The position numbers and the translations under genes are program-made. This document shows positions 1-8,826 of a stretch of DNA of 28,172 nucleotides, piece after piece (position 1 is the first letter of the stretch; each line of letters starts with the position of its first letter). Below the pieces are notes generated by a model that was not told the DNA's origin, ran no database searches, and saw nothing but the letters and a program-made list of their open reading frames with translations. This DNA is from an uncultured Gemmataceae bacterium (lineage in GTDB: Bacteria > Planctomycetota > Planctomycetia > Gemmatales > Gemmataceae): contig CALEEC010000416.1 in NCBI GenBank assembly GCA_937949245.1, positions 1-28,172 on the forward strand, read 5' to 3'.

Positions 1-60
1 AGGATGGATCAGGGGACGCCGTGCAGACGAAAGATTCGAGCTTTTTCGACGTTTACTAAG

Positions 61-90
61 TTGACGTGCCGAAAATTCTGCTCTAAGGTT
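61..90 (+). promoter_or_regulatory. Putative sigma70-like promoter for the small ORF at 164..319
   Basis: TTGACG at 61-66, ~18-nt spacer, TAAGGT at 85-90. It sits upstream of a strong SD and ATG. Weak -10, so speculative. Confidence 0.2.
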
Positions 91-163
91 AAAGACGATA
101 GGAACGTAGTGGTTCCAGACAACTAAATCTCCCGTTCCAGGACTCCGTAAGGAGGCATCTCCG

Positions 164-319
164 ATGACGCCTCTAATTGTTAGCAATCTCGGTGCGCTGA
201 GCATTGCAGTTTTGTACTACCTCTGGCGCGATGTTTATCAAGCCCGCCTGCGCCGTGAGCGTATCAAACGCGAGCGTGTCGCTTACATGCTCTGGTGTGC
301 CGCCAATCAAATGAAGTAA
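164..319 (+). CDS. Small (51 aa) single-pass membrane protein, absent from the ORF track because it is under 60 aa (MTPLIVSNLGALSIAVLYYLWRDVYQARLRRERIKRERVAYMLWCAANQMK)
   Basis: Near-consensus SD TAAGGAGG at 148-155, 8 nt before ATG 164. Hydrophobic helix followed by an Arg/Lys-rich tail. TAA stop at 317-319, followed by hairpins. Confidence 0.45.
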   Translation: MTPLIVSNLGALSIAVLYYLWRDVYQARLRRERIKRERVAYMLWCAANQMK

Positions 320-324
320 GTCGA

Positions 325-395
325 ACCAACTCCCCCGAAGTTGGGCACGCCGACCTTTCGACCTCCGAAAGGCCGGCGTCCCAAAATTATTGGCA
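325..395 (+). terminator. Putative intrinsic terminator (two hairpins) between the convergent small ORF and the PQQ-propeller gene
   Basis: Hairpin CCAACT-N7-AGTTGG (325-343). A 12-bp stem GCCGACCTTTCG/CGAAAGGCCGGC with a 5-nt loop (349-377), followed by an A/T-rich stretch. The U-tail is imperfect. Confidence 0.35.
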
Positions 396-486
396 TCGAT
401 TCCGAACATTTGCTACGATCTCTACCTACCGAAGGGAACCATCAGGATCGTTCGCAGATCGATCAACGCGCGACTTCGGAATCTCG

Positions 487-2157
487 CTACGGTTGCAGCA
501 GCCGAAGATCACAAGCAGCCATCTCCTCACCATTTCTCAGGTAGAGAATCCCGTGCGCCAGTGCCGGGGTGTTCCAAGTCTTCTCGCCATCCAGAACAGG
601 GATTCGCCCGAGCTGACGGAATTCGTTCGGCGTAGCCTGAACCAAAGCGATTTCGCCATACTCCGTTACGAGCACCAGCAGATCTTTCCAACGTAAGAGT
701 TGGCCATGACCGTAAGCACCGGTAGCTTTGCGTGGCCGCCGTTCTTCGTGAGTCCATACCGCTTTCCCGGTACGCAAGTCCAGGCATTCCAAGACCCCAT
801 CGTTCAGGCCATACAAGTACCCCTGATATTCCACCGGCGAGGCAAATTTGCAGCGCATCGTGGTGCGTGGCGTTCGCCAAACTTCCTTGGTGGTCCAACC
901 TTTGGAGGTACGATCTACCTGAATTAGGGCACCTCCGGTGTTATATCCCGAGGCAATGAACACACGGTTCGCACCGACTACGATCGGTTGAGCAACATTG
1001 ATTCCTTGCTGCGTAGACCAAGCATGCCGCCACAGGGGTTTCCCCGTGGCGGGGTCGTATCCCGCCAAGCCGTCGCCATCGAACAACAGGATCTGCCGCC
1101 GGCCCGCCAAGGTGACTAGCATCGGCGAACTGTAGCCGGCCCGCCCGTTTCCTGAAGCCCAGACTTCCTTCCCTGTGGCATGATGATAGGCAATCAACGC
1201 ACGGTCGGCCGCACTAGGGAGTTGCGCCCCCGGATTGACGATCACCAAGTCATCGACAACCAACGGCGAGCCGCTCATCCCCCAATCGAGATTTTTGTTA
1301 TTGGTCAAGATGTTGACTTGCCATTTGACTTTGCCCGTGGCTGCATCCAAGCAGAGCAACTCGCCGGTGGCACCAAGGCAGAACAATTCGCCTTGGTCAA
1401 AGGTGGGGGTGGCGCGTGGCCCACGTCCGCCCATGGTTTCGTCGAACAAAGCCGGATAGGCGTGCTTCCATTTTTTCTCGCCGGTTTTCGCGTCATAGCA
1501 GACGACTTCTTCCATCTGATCGCGTTGTTCCAGCGTGAACAGATACCCTCCCACGACCGCGAAGCCGGAGTATCCCGCCTTCCCTTGCTGCGAGATGCGG
1601 TGTTTCCAGAGCAATTTCGGCGGATGCGTATTCCAGTCACGGGACAACTCTGGCTCCTCTTCGACGACCCCGGTGCGATCAGCACCCCGAAAACCGGGGC
1701 TATCGCCTTCCTGCAATTCGAGCGAAAGTTGAACTGGGGCAAGATCTTCCGGTGGATCGATCACAGATTGCCAACGCCAGTCAATCGCTGCGATCCCCAA
1801 GTTGCCATCGAAATGCACACGCCGAATCAAACCGGGTGGCAGCAGCACTAGGGAAAGGATGATCAACACCTTCCAGCGTGCGCCGATGACGGAACCGAAG
1901 ATCACCCAATAACCTAATAGCAGAGTCGCGATGAACGTGATGAGGTAAACGACCATCCAGCGGACCTGCTCTTCCATATGCCCCGCCGGCCAAGTCCAGA
2001 CGGCAAGGATCAACAAAGAGGCGAGCAGAAGCACCACTTGCGGAAAACGCAGTTGAAAAAACGACCGAACGACACTCTTAGCAGACCAATCAACCGTTGC
2101 GGAGGTCGAAGGGACGGCTTGTTGGGTAGCAGAAGCATTCGGGAGAGAATCATTCAT
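487..2157 (-). CDS. Membrane-anchored PQQ-like beta-propeller repeat protein
   Basis: N-terminal ~120 aa carries 3 hydrophobic helices. The remainder shows repeated PQQ/WD-like beta-propeller blade motifs (…YDAKTGEKKW…, …LDAATGKVKW…, …YDPATGKPLW…, …LDLRTGKAVW…). ATG at 2157. Confidence 0.8.
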   Translation of the reverse strand: MNDSLPNASATQQAVPSTSATVDWSAKSVVRSFFQLRFPQVVLLLASLLILAVWTWPAGHMEEQVRWMVVYLITFIATLLLGYWVIFGSVIGARWKVLIILSLVLLPPGLIRRVHFDGNLGIAAIDWRWQSVIDPPEDLAPVQLSLELQEGDSPGFRGADRTGVVEEEPELSRDWNTHPPKLLWKHRISQQGKAGYSGFAVVGGYLFTLEQRDQMEEVVCYDAKTGEKKWKHAYPALFDETMGGRGPRATPTFDQGELFCLGATGELLCLDAATGKVKWQVNILTNNKNLDWGMSGSPLVVDDLVIVNPGAQLPSAADRALIAYHHATGKEVWASGNGRAGYSSPMLVTLAGRRQILLFDGDGLAGYDPATGKPLWRHAWSTQQGINVAQPIVVGANRVFIASGYNTGGALIQVDRTSKGWTTKEVWRTPRTTMRCKFASPVEYQGYLYGLNDGVLECLDLRTGKAVWTHEERRPRKATGAYGHGQLLRWKDLLVLVTEYGEIALVQATPNEFRQLGRIPVLDGEKTWNTPALAHGILYLRNGEEMAACDLRLLQP

Positions 2158-2457
2158 CGCAAAATCTCATCAAACCGGGCGATGTCCATCAAGCAAAATC
2201 TATTGTAGGCAAGAAGCGCCGCGAAGGAAGGCAATCCGCGGCAGAAGCAATCTCAAAGCGATCATAACCTGGAAAATCTATCTTCTGCCTAAAGTTCCTA
2301 CGGTTCGCAGAACCGGAGCAAAACTCGTGAAGTGTGTTTCATGAAATGCCGATCAATTAATTGCTGCGATAGGATGCGATAACTTGGGAACATCTCGATA
2401 AATCTAGGTTTCAGCCTTACGTTGGTGTGTCAAGCCTCGAATGAGGAGAGCGTAAAT

Positions 2458-4899
2458 ATGCACATCGGTATCGATATGATCGGCACTCAGACACCTGGAA
2501 GCCGAAACCGTGGAATAGGACGTTACAGCAATTCCCTAGCGAAAGCGATCATCGAACAAGCACGCGATCATCGGATTACCTTGATTTATCACGAGGGATT
2601 ACCGATCGATCCAGTACCCGGGGCAGTCTCAAAATATGTAGTTTCACGACGTGATTCAGTTCGCCACTCTGAAAATGTCGAGGCCTTTCTTCGTGAAAAT
2701 CCTCTGAAACTTGATGCTTATTTGTTGACTAGTCCTATGGAAACTGGTAGTGGATTTGCGCCTCCGACAAAACCTTTACGGGGAATGGTGATGTCGTGTG
2801 TCTGTTATGATATTATACCTGCATTATTTCCGGATCGCTATTTTGCTAATAAATCAGATTATCAATCGGAATACTTTCACTTCCTTCAAAAAATGCTGCA
2901 GTACGATCGTCTGTTATGTATCTCTGAGGCCACACGTTCTGATTTGATATCATACTATCATTATCCGGAAACTCGGGCGGTTAACATCGGCACTTCATGT
3001 GATGAGCAATTGTTTACTCCGGGGGAGACACCGAAATATCTACTCAACCGTCTGGGGATTCATGGTCCCTATCTTTTATCTGTGACGGGGATGGATAGTC
3101 GAAAGAACTATCTCGGTATAGTTCGGGCATTTTCCTCACTGCCGACAACTCTAAGGAACAAATATCAATTAGTGCTAACTTGTAAAATGACTCCAGATGA
3201 GGAAAATCGTCTGCGTGTCTTTGCTGAAAGTCTTGGGGTATCTGACAAGTTAGTGCTAACCAATTTTGTGACAGATTATGAGTTACGCGATTTATATCGT
3301 GGCTGCACTTTGTTTATTTTTCCCTCGACTTACGAAGGTTTCGGATTACCATTGTTAGAAGCAATGTCATGCGGTGCTCCTGTGATGGGAGGCAATAATT
3401 CGGCACAAGTGGAATTAGTTCGTGATGTAGGGGTGTTGGTAAATGCCGGGGATGATAATGACATAGCCGAGAAACTGCGAGATGTATTATTAGATTCAAC
3501 GGAACTTCAAGCAATGCGACGGCGATCGTTGGCAAAAGCAACGAATTATCGTTGGTCGATGACTGCGGATCGAGCACTAAATGCGATAGAGTCCGCTCAT
3601 CAGCAGTTGGCACAACGCAAACTATATGCTTACAAGCCTGCGATTGCAATTGTCACGCCGTTGCCACCTCAGCAGTCAGGAATTGCCGATTATGTTCTTT
3701 CCTTGGGAGAAGCACTCGAGGATTATTACAGAATCGATTATTATCATGATGCTAGTTGCTATCCATACCTAGGACTCTCTTTTGATCAAGTTCGTGTTTT
3801 CGATGCACGATTGCTACCATTACGTGATCGTTCTGTTCATTATCATCAAATTCTCTATCAGATGGGGAATTCGGCATGTCATCATTTCATGGTTGACCTT
3901 TTTTATAAGTATCCTGGGGTGGTCACTCTACATGAATTTTTTCTAGGTAACGAATGCCATAATCGGCTCGCCTCGCAAGGTGCTATGGGACCAAAACTAT
4001 TTCGCGAGGTGATCATGCGAGAATGGAAGGCTCACCATGTGGATCCGGTGCCAGAAAGTTCTTCAACAGTCGAACTGTTTTACTGGGCACGCTCGCGTGG
4101 AATTTCTTTCACCAAGGAATTTCTCGAAATTGCACCTGGAATTGTCGTTCACTCTAAATGGGTTTTTGACAGAGCTGCTCAGTTAGAACCTGATGTGTTA
4201 TCTCGAATGGCTCTAATACCGTTCGGAGCTAATTTGCGGATATTGAGTAATCAAGAAAAATATAAGATTCGTAAAAGTTTTGGTCTGTCAGAATCTAGCC
4301 TAATTTTGGGATCGTTTGGTATAATTCATCCTAGTAAGATGAACTTGGAAACTCTTTCAGCAATCGAACCACTACTGAGAGAGCGTCCTAATGTGCAGGT
4401 AGTTTTTGCTGGCCGAATTGATGATGAAAGTTTCAAACTTAAAGTTCATGAATTGGGGTTGCAACCATTCATCCGATTGTTTGAAAACTGTAACTACCAG
4501 GATTTTATGAATCTTATCGCGATCACTGATATTGGTATCAATTTACGGCGTCCACCGACAAATGGTGAAACATCAGCTACGCTTTTTCAATTGCTGAGTC
4601 ACGGTGTCGCTACTATCGTCACAGACACTGGCACTTTTGCTGAGTTGCCCCAATCAGCAGTGGTCCGCATACCGTATGATGGCAATTTTCATCATCAGTT
4701 GACGCGAACTTTGTTTGAACTGGCGATCGATGATTCCCGCCGTGCCAGACTGGGGGCTGAAGCTCAGAAATTTATCCGCGAGAAACATGATTGGAAGATG
4801 ATTGCAGAACAATACGCTGCATTCCTCGATCGCACTGCACGCAATCGTAGCTGGGTTCATCCGGTTTCTGCACCAATTCGGCGTAACAAAGTCGCATGA
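2458..4899 (+). CDS. Tandem (double-domain) GT4-family glycosyltransferase, WbdA-like architecture
   Basis: Two consecutive GT-B units. Unit 1 has an N-terminal RGIGRY-type motif and the E-x7-E motif FPSTYEGFGLPLLEAMSCGAPV. Unit 2 starts ~nt 3630 (AIAIVTPLPPQQSGIADYV…) and carries a second retaining-GT C-domain (…TDIGINLRRPPTNGETSATLFQLLSHGVATIV). Start moved to ATG 2458 (MHIGIDM) because of the GAGGAGAG RBS 7 nt upstream. The track start 2422 is a TTG. Confidence 0.85.
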   Translation: MHIGIDMIGTQTPGSRNRGIGRYSNSLAKAIIEQARDHRITLIYHEGLPIDPVPGAVSKYVVSRRDSVRHSENVEAFLRENPLKLDAYLLTSPMETGSGFAPPTKPLRGMVMSCVCYDIIPALFPDRYFANKSDYQSEYFHFLQKMLQYDRLLCISEATRSDLISYYHYPETRAVNIGTSCDEQLFTPGETPKYLLNRLGIHGPYLLSVTGMDSRKNYLGIVRAFSSLPTTLRNKYQLVLTCKMTPDEENRLRVFAESLGVSDKLVLTNFVTDYELRDLYRGCTLFIFPSTYEGFGLPLLEAMSCGAPVMGGNNSAQVELVRDVGVLVNAGDDNDIAEKLRDVLLDSTELQAMRRRSLAKATNYRWSMTADRALNAIESAHQQLAQRKLYAYKPAIAIVTPLPPQQSGIADYVLSLGEALEDYYRIDYYHDASCYPYLGLSFDQVRVFDARLLPLRDRSVHYHQILYQMGNSACHHFMVDLFYKYPGVVTLHEFFLGNECHNRLASQGAMGPKLFREVIMREWKAHHVDPVPESSSTVELFYWARSRGISFTKEFLEIAPGIVVHSKWVFDRAAQLEPDVLSRMALIPFGANLRILSNQEKYKIRKSFGLSESSLILGSFGIIHPSKMNLETLSAIEPLLRERPNVQVVFAGRIDDESFKLKVHELGLQPFIRLFENCNYQDFMNLIAITDIGINLRRPPTNGETSATLFQLLSHGVATIVTDTGTFAELPQSAVVRIPYDGNFHHQLTRTLFELAIDDSRRARLGAEAQKFIREKHDWKMIAEQYAAFLDRTARNRSWVHPVSAPIRRNKVA

Positions 4900-4951
4900 A
4901 AAGTAGGCTTTGGGGAATTTAAGAACAAATCGGGAGCAAAGGAAATATATC

Positions 4952-5314
4952 ATGAAAACAACAATCAAACATGTGATGCGAGCAATCTGGCAACGACTTG
5001 GTTTTTTCCGTCGGCCTGTGCATCGCAAATTGACACGATTAGTCGTCGAAGCAACACGACCTCAGCATGAGACTCTCCTCAAGGAACTAGAAGTACAACG
5101 CCACCTGCTCATGCAACTTCAAGCCGTAGTCCAACAACTACTGCAACAATCTTCGCTGAATCTGTCGGCCTGCCAAACCCTAGAGTTGAATGCGGAAAGC
5201 CTCATCCGTGAAGTGGTGCGTTTTCAGTATCAACTCGATGTTCAACTTGCTGCCATGATGGAATTGATGGAAACCGGTATGGTCAAACCGCCGCATTTAC
5301 GAGCAGTGGCTTGA
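4952..5314 (+). CDS. Hypothetical small coiled-coil protein (~120 aa)
   Basis: ATG 4952 (MKTTIKHV…) preceded by AAGGAAA RBS. Sequence is rich in heptad-like Leu/Gln repeats (LLKELEVQRHLLMQLQAVVQQLLQQ). Stop overlaps the upstream in-frame start of the next ORF. No recognisable catalytic motif. Confidence 0.5.
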   Translation: MKTTIKHVMRAIWQRLGFFRRPVHRKLTRLVVEATRPQHETLLKELEVQRHLLMQLQAVVQQLLQQSSLNLSACQTLELNAESLIREVVRFQYQLDVQLAAMMELMETGMVKPPHLRAVA

Positions 5315-5361
5315 ACTTCTTGAGTTTTGGCCGTGTCCTCTTCATTCTGGAGCGATTTTTA

Positions 5362-6381
5362 ATGATTATCTCATATGCTCAACAATTTGAAGACGTGTTG
5401 CTCCGACGTCTGTTCCCTCACAATCACGGCTTTTACATTGACGTCGGAGCCAATGATCCAGTGGAATGCTCGGTTACGAAACTCTTTTCTGATTCAGGAT
5501 GGACCGGAATCAACATCGAACCTGGAGCCATCTTTGAGCGATTAAAATTCGGACGACCGCGTGATGTTAATCTTCGGGTAGCTGTATCCGATCGCAGTGG
5601 TGAAATGACGTTTTATGAGTTTCCCGACGCGCATGGCTTATCTACGCTAGATGCAAAGCAAGCCGCTGAACATCAACAGCGGGGATTTCGATTCATCGAA
5701 CGGCGAATTCCCGTGATGACTCTTGCTGAGATCTGCCAGCAGTATGTCTCGGGGCCGATCGACTTTCTATCCATTGATGTCGAGGGACATGAGCGCGAAG
5801 TGTTAGCTGGGGCTGATTTTCAACGTTATCGCCCGATATGTGTGATGATCGAATCGACTCGCCCCTGTTCGCCGATACCTACTCATCAACAATGGGAGTC
5901 ATTGATTCTGCAAGCCGATTATCGCTTCGCCACTTTTGATGGATTGAATAGCTACTACATACGATCAGAAAATGCAGAATTGATCGTGAAACTACAAAAT
6001 TCTGTAAACGTATTTGATGGAGATGACTTAGAACCGCCACTACGATTCAAGGATCTGTCTGAAAGATTGCGGAAGTTTGTATTGTATTCGACAGAACAAA
6101 AGAAATTACTGAATCGACTGCAAGAGCACGTAGCTTGGTTGGAACCACAGGTCGAACATTGGCGTCAGACAGCGCAGCAACTGCAACATCGCGAGGCAAT
6201 CTGGGAAACGGAAAAACTGCAATTCCAACAAGAGTGCGAACGACTACGCAAACTGGCTGAAGAGGCTCAGCAATTGGCGCATGCGGAAGCAATTCGGCGG
6301 GAGGTTGCTGAGAGTCTGGTCAATGGGCTGCAGAAAACCTTGGAAGCAATGCGCCAACGAAGTTCAGCCAGTGCGGCTTAA
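5362..6381 (+). CDS. FkbM-family SAM-dependent methyltransferase with a C-terminal ~110-aa coiled-coil extension
   Basis: N-terminus MIISYAQQFEDVLL is the typical FkbM-family start. GFYIDVGANDP (SAM-binding Gly-rich motif), …MTFYEF…, …LSIDVEGHEREVL… match the FkbM methyltransferase family. The C-terminal 100+ aa are Gln/Glu/Leu/Arg-rich heptads. Start chosen at ATG 5362 (GGAG RBS) rather than track start 5311. Confidence 0.8.
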   Translation: MIISYAQQFEDVLLRRLFPHNHGFYIDVGANDPVECSVTKLFSDSGWTGINIEPGAIFERLKFGRPRDVNLRVAVSDRSGEMTFYEFPDAHGLSTLDAKQAAEHQQRGFRFIERRIPVMTLAEICQQYVSGPIDFLSIDVEGHEREVLAGADFQRYRPICVMIESTRPCSPIPTHQQWESLILQADYRFATFDGLNSYYIRSENAELIVKLQNSVNVFDGDDLEPPLRFKDLSERLRKFVLYSTEQKKLLNRLQEHVAWLEPQVEHWRQTAQQLQHREAIWETEKLQFQQECERLRKLAEEAQQLAHAEAIRREVAESLVNGLQKTLEAMRQRSSASAA

Positions 6382-6693
6382 GGGAATTCTCTCGATAATA
6401 ATTCGGATGATGGGGATGCCTTTTCGTGGTGGTTGCAGGGCTTCGTGCATCTAGGTGTCCCCCGAGTCTTGAGTAAATGAGTATCTCACCCTTCGTTCCT
6501 GTTCTTATACTGCTGCGCTCGGCTTTTGCTTCGTGATGTGTGAGAATTCCAACGGTTTATGAATTTGCGAACAACTCTTATTTTATCTCATTAAAACTGC
6601 CTCTCTGTCAGAACCGCCATCGCTGGCTATGATGTCTCTCGCGGTTGGGGGATTTTATCTCGCGCGGTTTGGTCCGTGGGGGGGATTGTTGGT

Positions 6694-7719
6694 ATGGCTC
6701 CGCTGACACTCGAAGAGATCCAACAGCACCTGGAGGGGCTGACCAAACCGCCCGGGAGTTTAGGACGGCTTGAAGAAGTGGCCGCGAGCTTGTGTCGAAT
6801 GCAACAAACACTTCGGCCGGTCGCTCGTCCACGTCGGCTCGTGGTCTTCGCGGCCGATCATGGTGTGACAGAAGCCGGTGTCTCGATGTGGCCCAACACA
6901 GTCACCGGCTTGATGATCCGCAACATCGTTCAGGGCGGTGCCGCGTGTAGCGTCTTGGCTCGAGCGACCGATACCGAGTTGGTCCTCGTCGATGTCGGTT
7001 CGCTCAGCGAACCTTTGCCGGAAACCGCGACCTATCGCCCCCGCCTTGTTCGCCGGGCAAGCCGGAATCTCGCTGTCGAACCTGCGTTGACTCGCGAGGA
7101 ATTCTGGGCAGCCTGGCAAGTCGGTGCTGCCGAGGCTGATCTTGCCGCTGCTCAGGGCGTGCGCGTTGTCGCAGGGGGCGAAATGGGCATCGGAAATTCC
7201 ACTCCTGCGGCATGTTTGACGGTCCTGTTGACCGAAAGTGATCCCCTCGATTGTGTCGGCCACGGTGCAGGGGCCGATGAAGCCAGTCTCGGTCGGAAAC
7301 GTCGTGTGGTGCAAACCGCGGTCGAGACGGCACGCCGGTACCTTACGGCTGATCCTGTGGCTTGCTACGCGGCTGTGGCTGGTTTGGAAATCGTCGCATT
7401 AGCGGGATTTTATGCCCGAGCCGCCCAACTCAGGCGAGTCATCGTGGTCGATGGCTTTATTGCGACTGCGGGGGCATTGCTCGCGGAGGCACTGCAGCCT
7501 GGCGTGAAGGCGTACTTGTTGGCAGCGCATCGCTCGGCAGAACCGGGGCATTCGCTGGCTTTGGCCCGACTCGGGCTGACTCCATTGCTCGACGGTTGGA
7601 AGTTGCGTCTGGGCGAAGGCACCGGTGCTCTGCTCGTCCTGCCGTTGCTCGATTCTGCTTGTGCTGTCGTCTCGCAAATGGCAACCTTGGCCGAATGGGG
7701 GATCGCTCCCCACGATTAG
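6694..7719 (+). CDS. cobT: Nicotinate-nucleotide--dimethylbenzimidazole phosphoribosyltransferase
   Basis: MAPLTLEEIQQHLEGLTKPPGSLGRLEEVA… aligns with the CobT N-terminus. Conserved …FAADHGV… and …GGEMGIGNSTPAA… motifs are present. Length ~340 aa. Start at ATG 6694 (the track start at 6676 is GTG). Confidence 0.85.
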   Translation: MAPLTLEEIQQHLEGLTKPPGSLGRLEEVAASLCRMQQTLRPVARPRRLVVFAADHGVTEAGVSMWPNTVTGLMIRNIVQGGAACSVLARATDTELVLVDVGSLSEPLPETATYRPRLVRRASRNLAVEPALTREEFWAAWQVGAAEADLAAAQGVRVVAGGEMGIGNSTPAACLTVLLTESDPLDCVGHGAGADEASLGRKRRVVQTAVETARRYLTADPVACYAAVAGLEIVALAGFYARAAQLRRVIVVDGFIATAGALLAEALQPGVKAYLLAAHRSAEPGHSLALARLGLTPLLDGWKLRLGEGTGALLVLPLLDSACAVVSQMATLAEWGIAPHD

Positions 7720-8034
7720 CCAGCGAGCGGGCGGGTCGTTGCAACCATCGCGAAGCGATCGTTCGTTGTTGATGTGTTATAGACCCAACGACTGGCGTCG
7801 TCGGCTTCTTGCGCTTTGATATGGCGAGCCAGCGAATGGAATGGCGAGCCGACAGATGTCCGTCGCCGGAGGTAATCACCCGACGCCCGATGTCTCAACT
7901 AGGCGAGCCGGCAAACGTGAGTCGACAGAGGGGGTTGAGACACGGCGGACTGACGCCCGCCGCTCTGGGTGCGGTCGGCATCACTCCGCAGGATTCGAGG
8001 TCGATCGATGAGGCTCTGAAATGGAGGCAAGCGC

Positions 8035-8820
8035 GTGAGCCGATTGCGACACGAGTGGCAAGCGCTGCTGACCGCGATCCAGTTTCTGACGCGGGTGCCG
8101 GTTCCGGGAGGGATGAATCGCCCCGATCCTGATCGGTCTTTGCTTCGTTCGTCGGTGCGTTATTATCCGTTGATCGGCGGAGGTATCGGTGGCATAACGG
8201 CGGGGGTGGCTTTGTTGGCAGCGCAACTTTGGCCGATCAGCGTGGCTGTCGCCTTGGCACTGACCTTCGAGGTCTGGCTGACCGGAGGTTTTCACGAAGA
8301 CGCGGTTGCCGACTGCTGTGATGCCTTTGGCGGGGGGTGGACACGCGACGACATTCTGCGAATTCTGAAAGATAGCCGAGTCGGCAGTTTCGGGGGTCTC
8401 GGGTTGGCCCTCGCTTTGCTGATCCGCTGGAGTGCTTTTGCCGCGGTGCCCACGGAACAATGGTTGATCGTCGGCTTGGCCTCGGGCGGTTTGGGACGCT
8501 GGTCGATCGTGCTGTTGATGACGTGGATTCCTCCGGTTGCGGAACGGTCGAGTCTCGCCAAAGATGTCGGCGAACGGATGTCGGTTTCCGAATGCATTGC
8601 CGCATCGGGGTTGGCATTGCCGGCAACGATCGGTTGGGGAATGGCAGAACCGATGCGGCTACTGTTGGGAATTGGATTACTGATACTAGCTGTGCTAGGG
8701 TGGGGCCGATACCTTTGGCGACGCATTCACGGTGTCACCGGCGATTGCCTGGGCTTGATGTGCTATGGGGGACAACTTTTGATCTTGTTGACGGCATCGT
8801 TCCAGATGCCAAGGGGTTGA
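8035..8820 (+). CDS. cobS: Adenosylcobinamide-GDP ribazoletransferase (cobalamin 5'-phosphate synthase), polytopic membrane protein
   Basis: …LLTAIQFLTRVPVP… is the CobS signature. ~260 aa with multiple hydrophobic helices. GTG start at 8035 with a GGAGG RBS 6 nt upstream. Located between cobT and cobC. Confidence 0.8.
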   Translation: MSRLRHEWQALLTAIQFLTRVPVPGGMNRPDPDRSLLRSSVRYYPLIGGGIGGITAGVALLAAQLWPISVAVALALTFEVWLTGGFHEDAVADCCDAFGGGWTRDDILRILKDSRVGSFGGLGLALALLIRWSAFAAVPTEQWLIVGLASGGLGRWSIVLLMTWIPPVAERSSLAKDVGERMSVSECIAASGLALPATIGWGMAEPMRLLLGIGLLILAVLGWGRYLWRRIHGVTGDCLGLMCYGGQLLILLTASFQMPRG

Positions 8821-8826
8821 CCAGAA

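Noticed and set aside
1180-1851. 223-aa plus-strand ORF (and others 1235..1459, 1305..1742) inside the PQQ-propeller gene
   Set aside because: Antisense or off-frame shadow ORFs in high-GC DNA. The translations are low-complexity Arg/Gly/Pro-rich, with no RBS or motif.
2422-2457. TTG start at 2422 for the glycosyltransferase, and ATG 5311 for the FkbM gene
   Set aside because: Downstream ATGs (2458, 5362) have strong SD sequences and match typical family N-termini. The longer versions add non-conserved residues.
6382-6693. Possible cobalamin riboswitch upstream of cobT
   Set aside because: I could not find the B12-box core (GCCACTG-like) or flanking conserved elements by eye. A covariance-model scan would be needed for a definitive answer.
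6760-7879. Several 100-184-aa ORFs on both strands over cobT
   Set aside because: They overlap a clearly recognisable cobT in other frames. This is the typical GC-rich shadow-ORF pattern.
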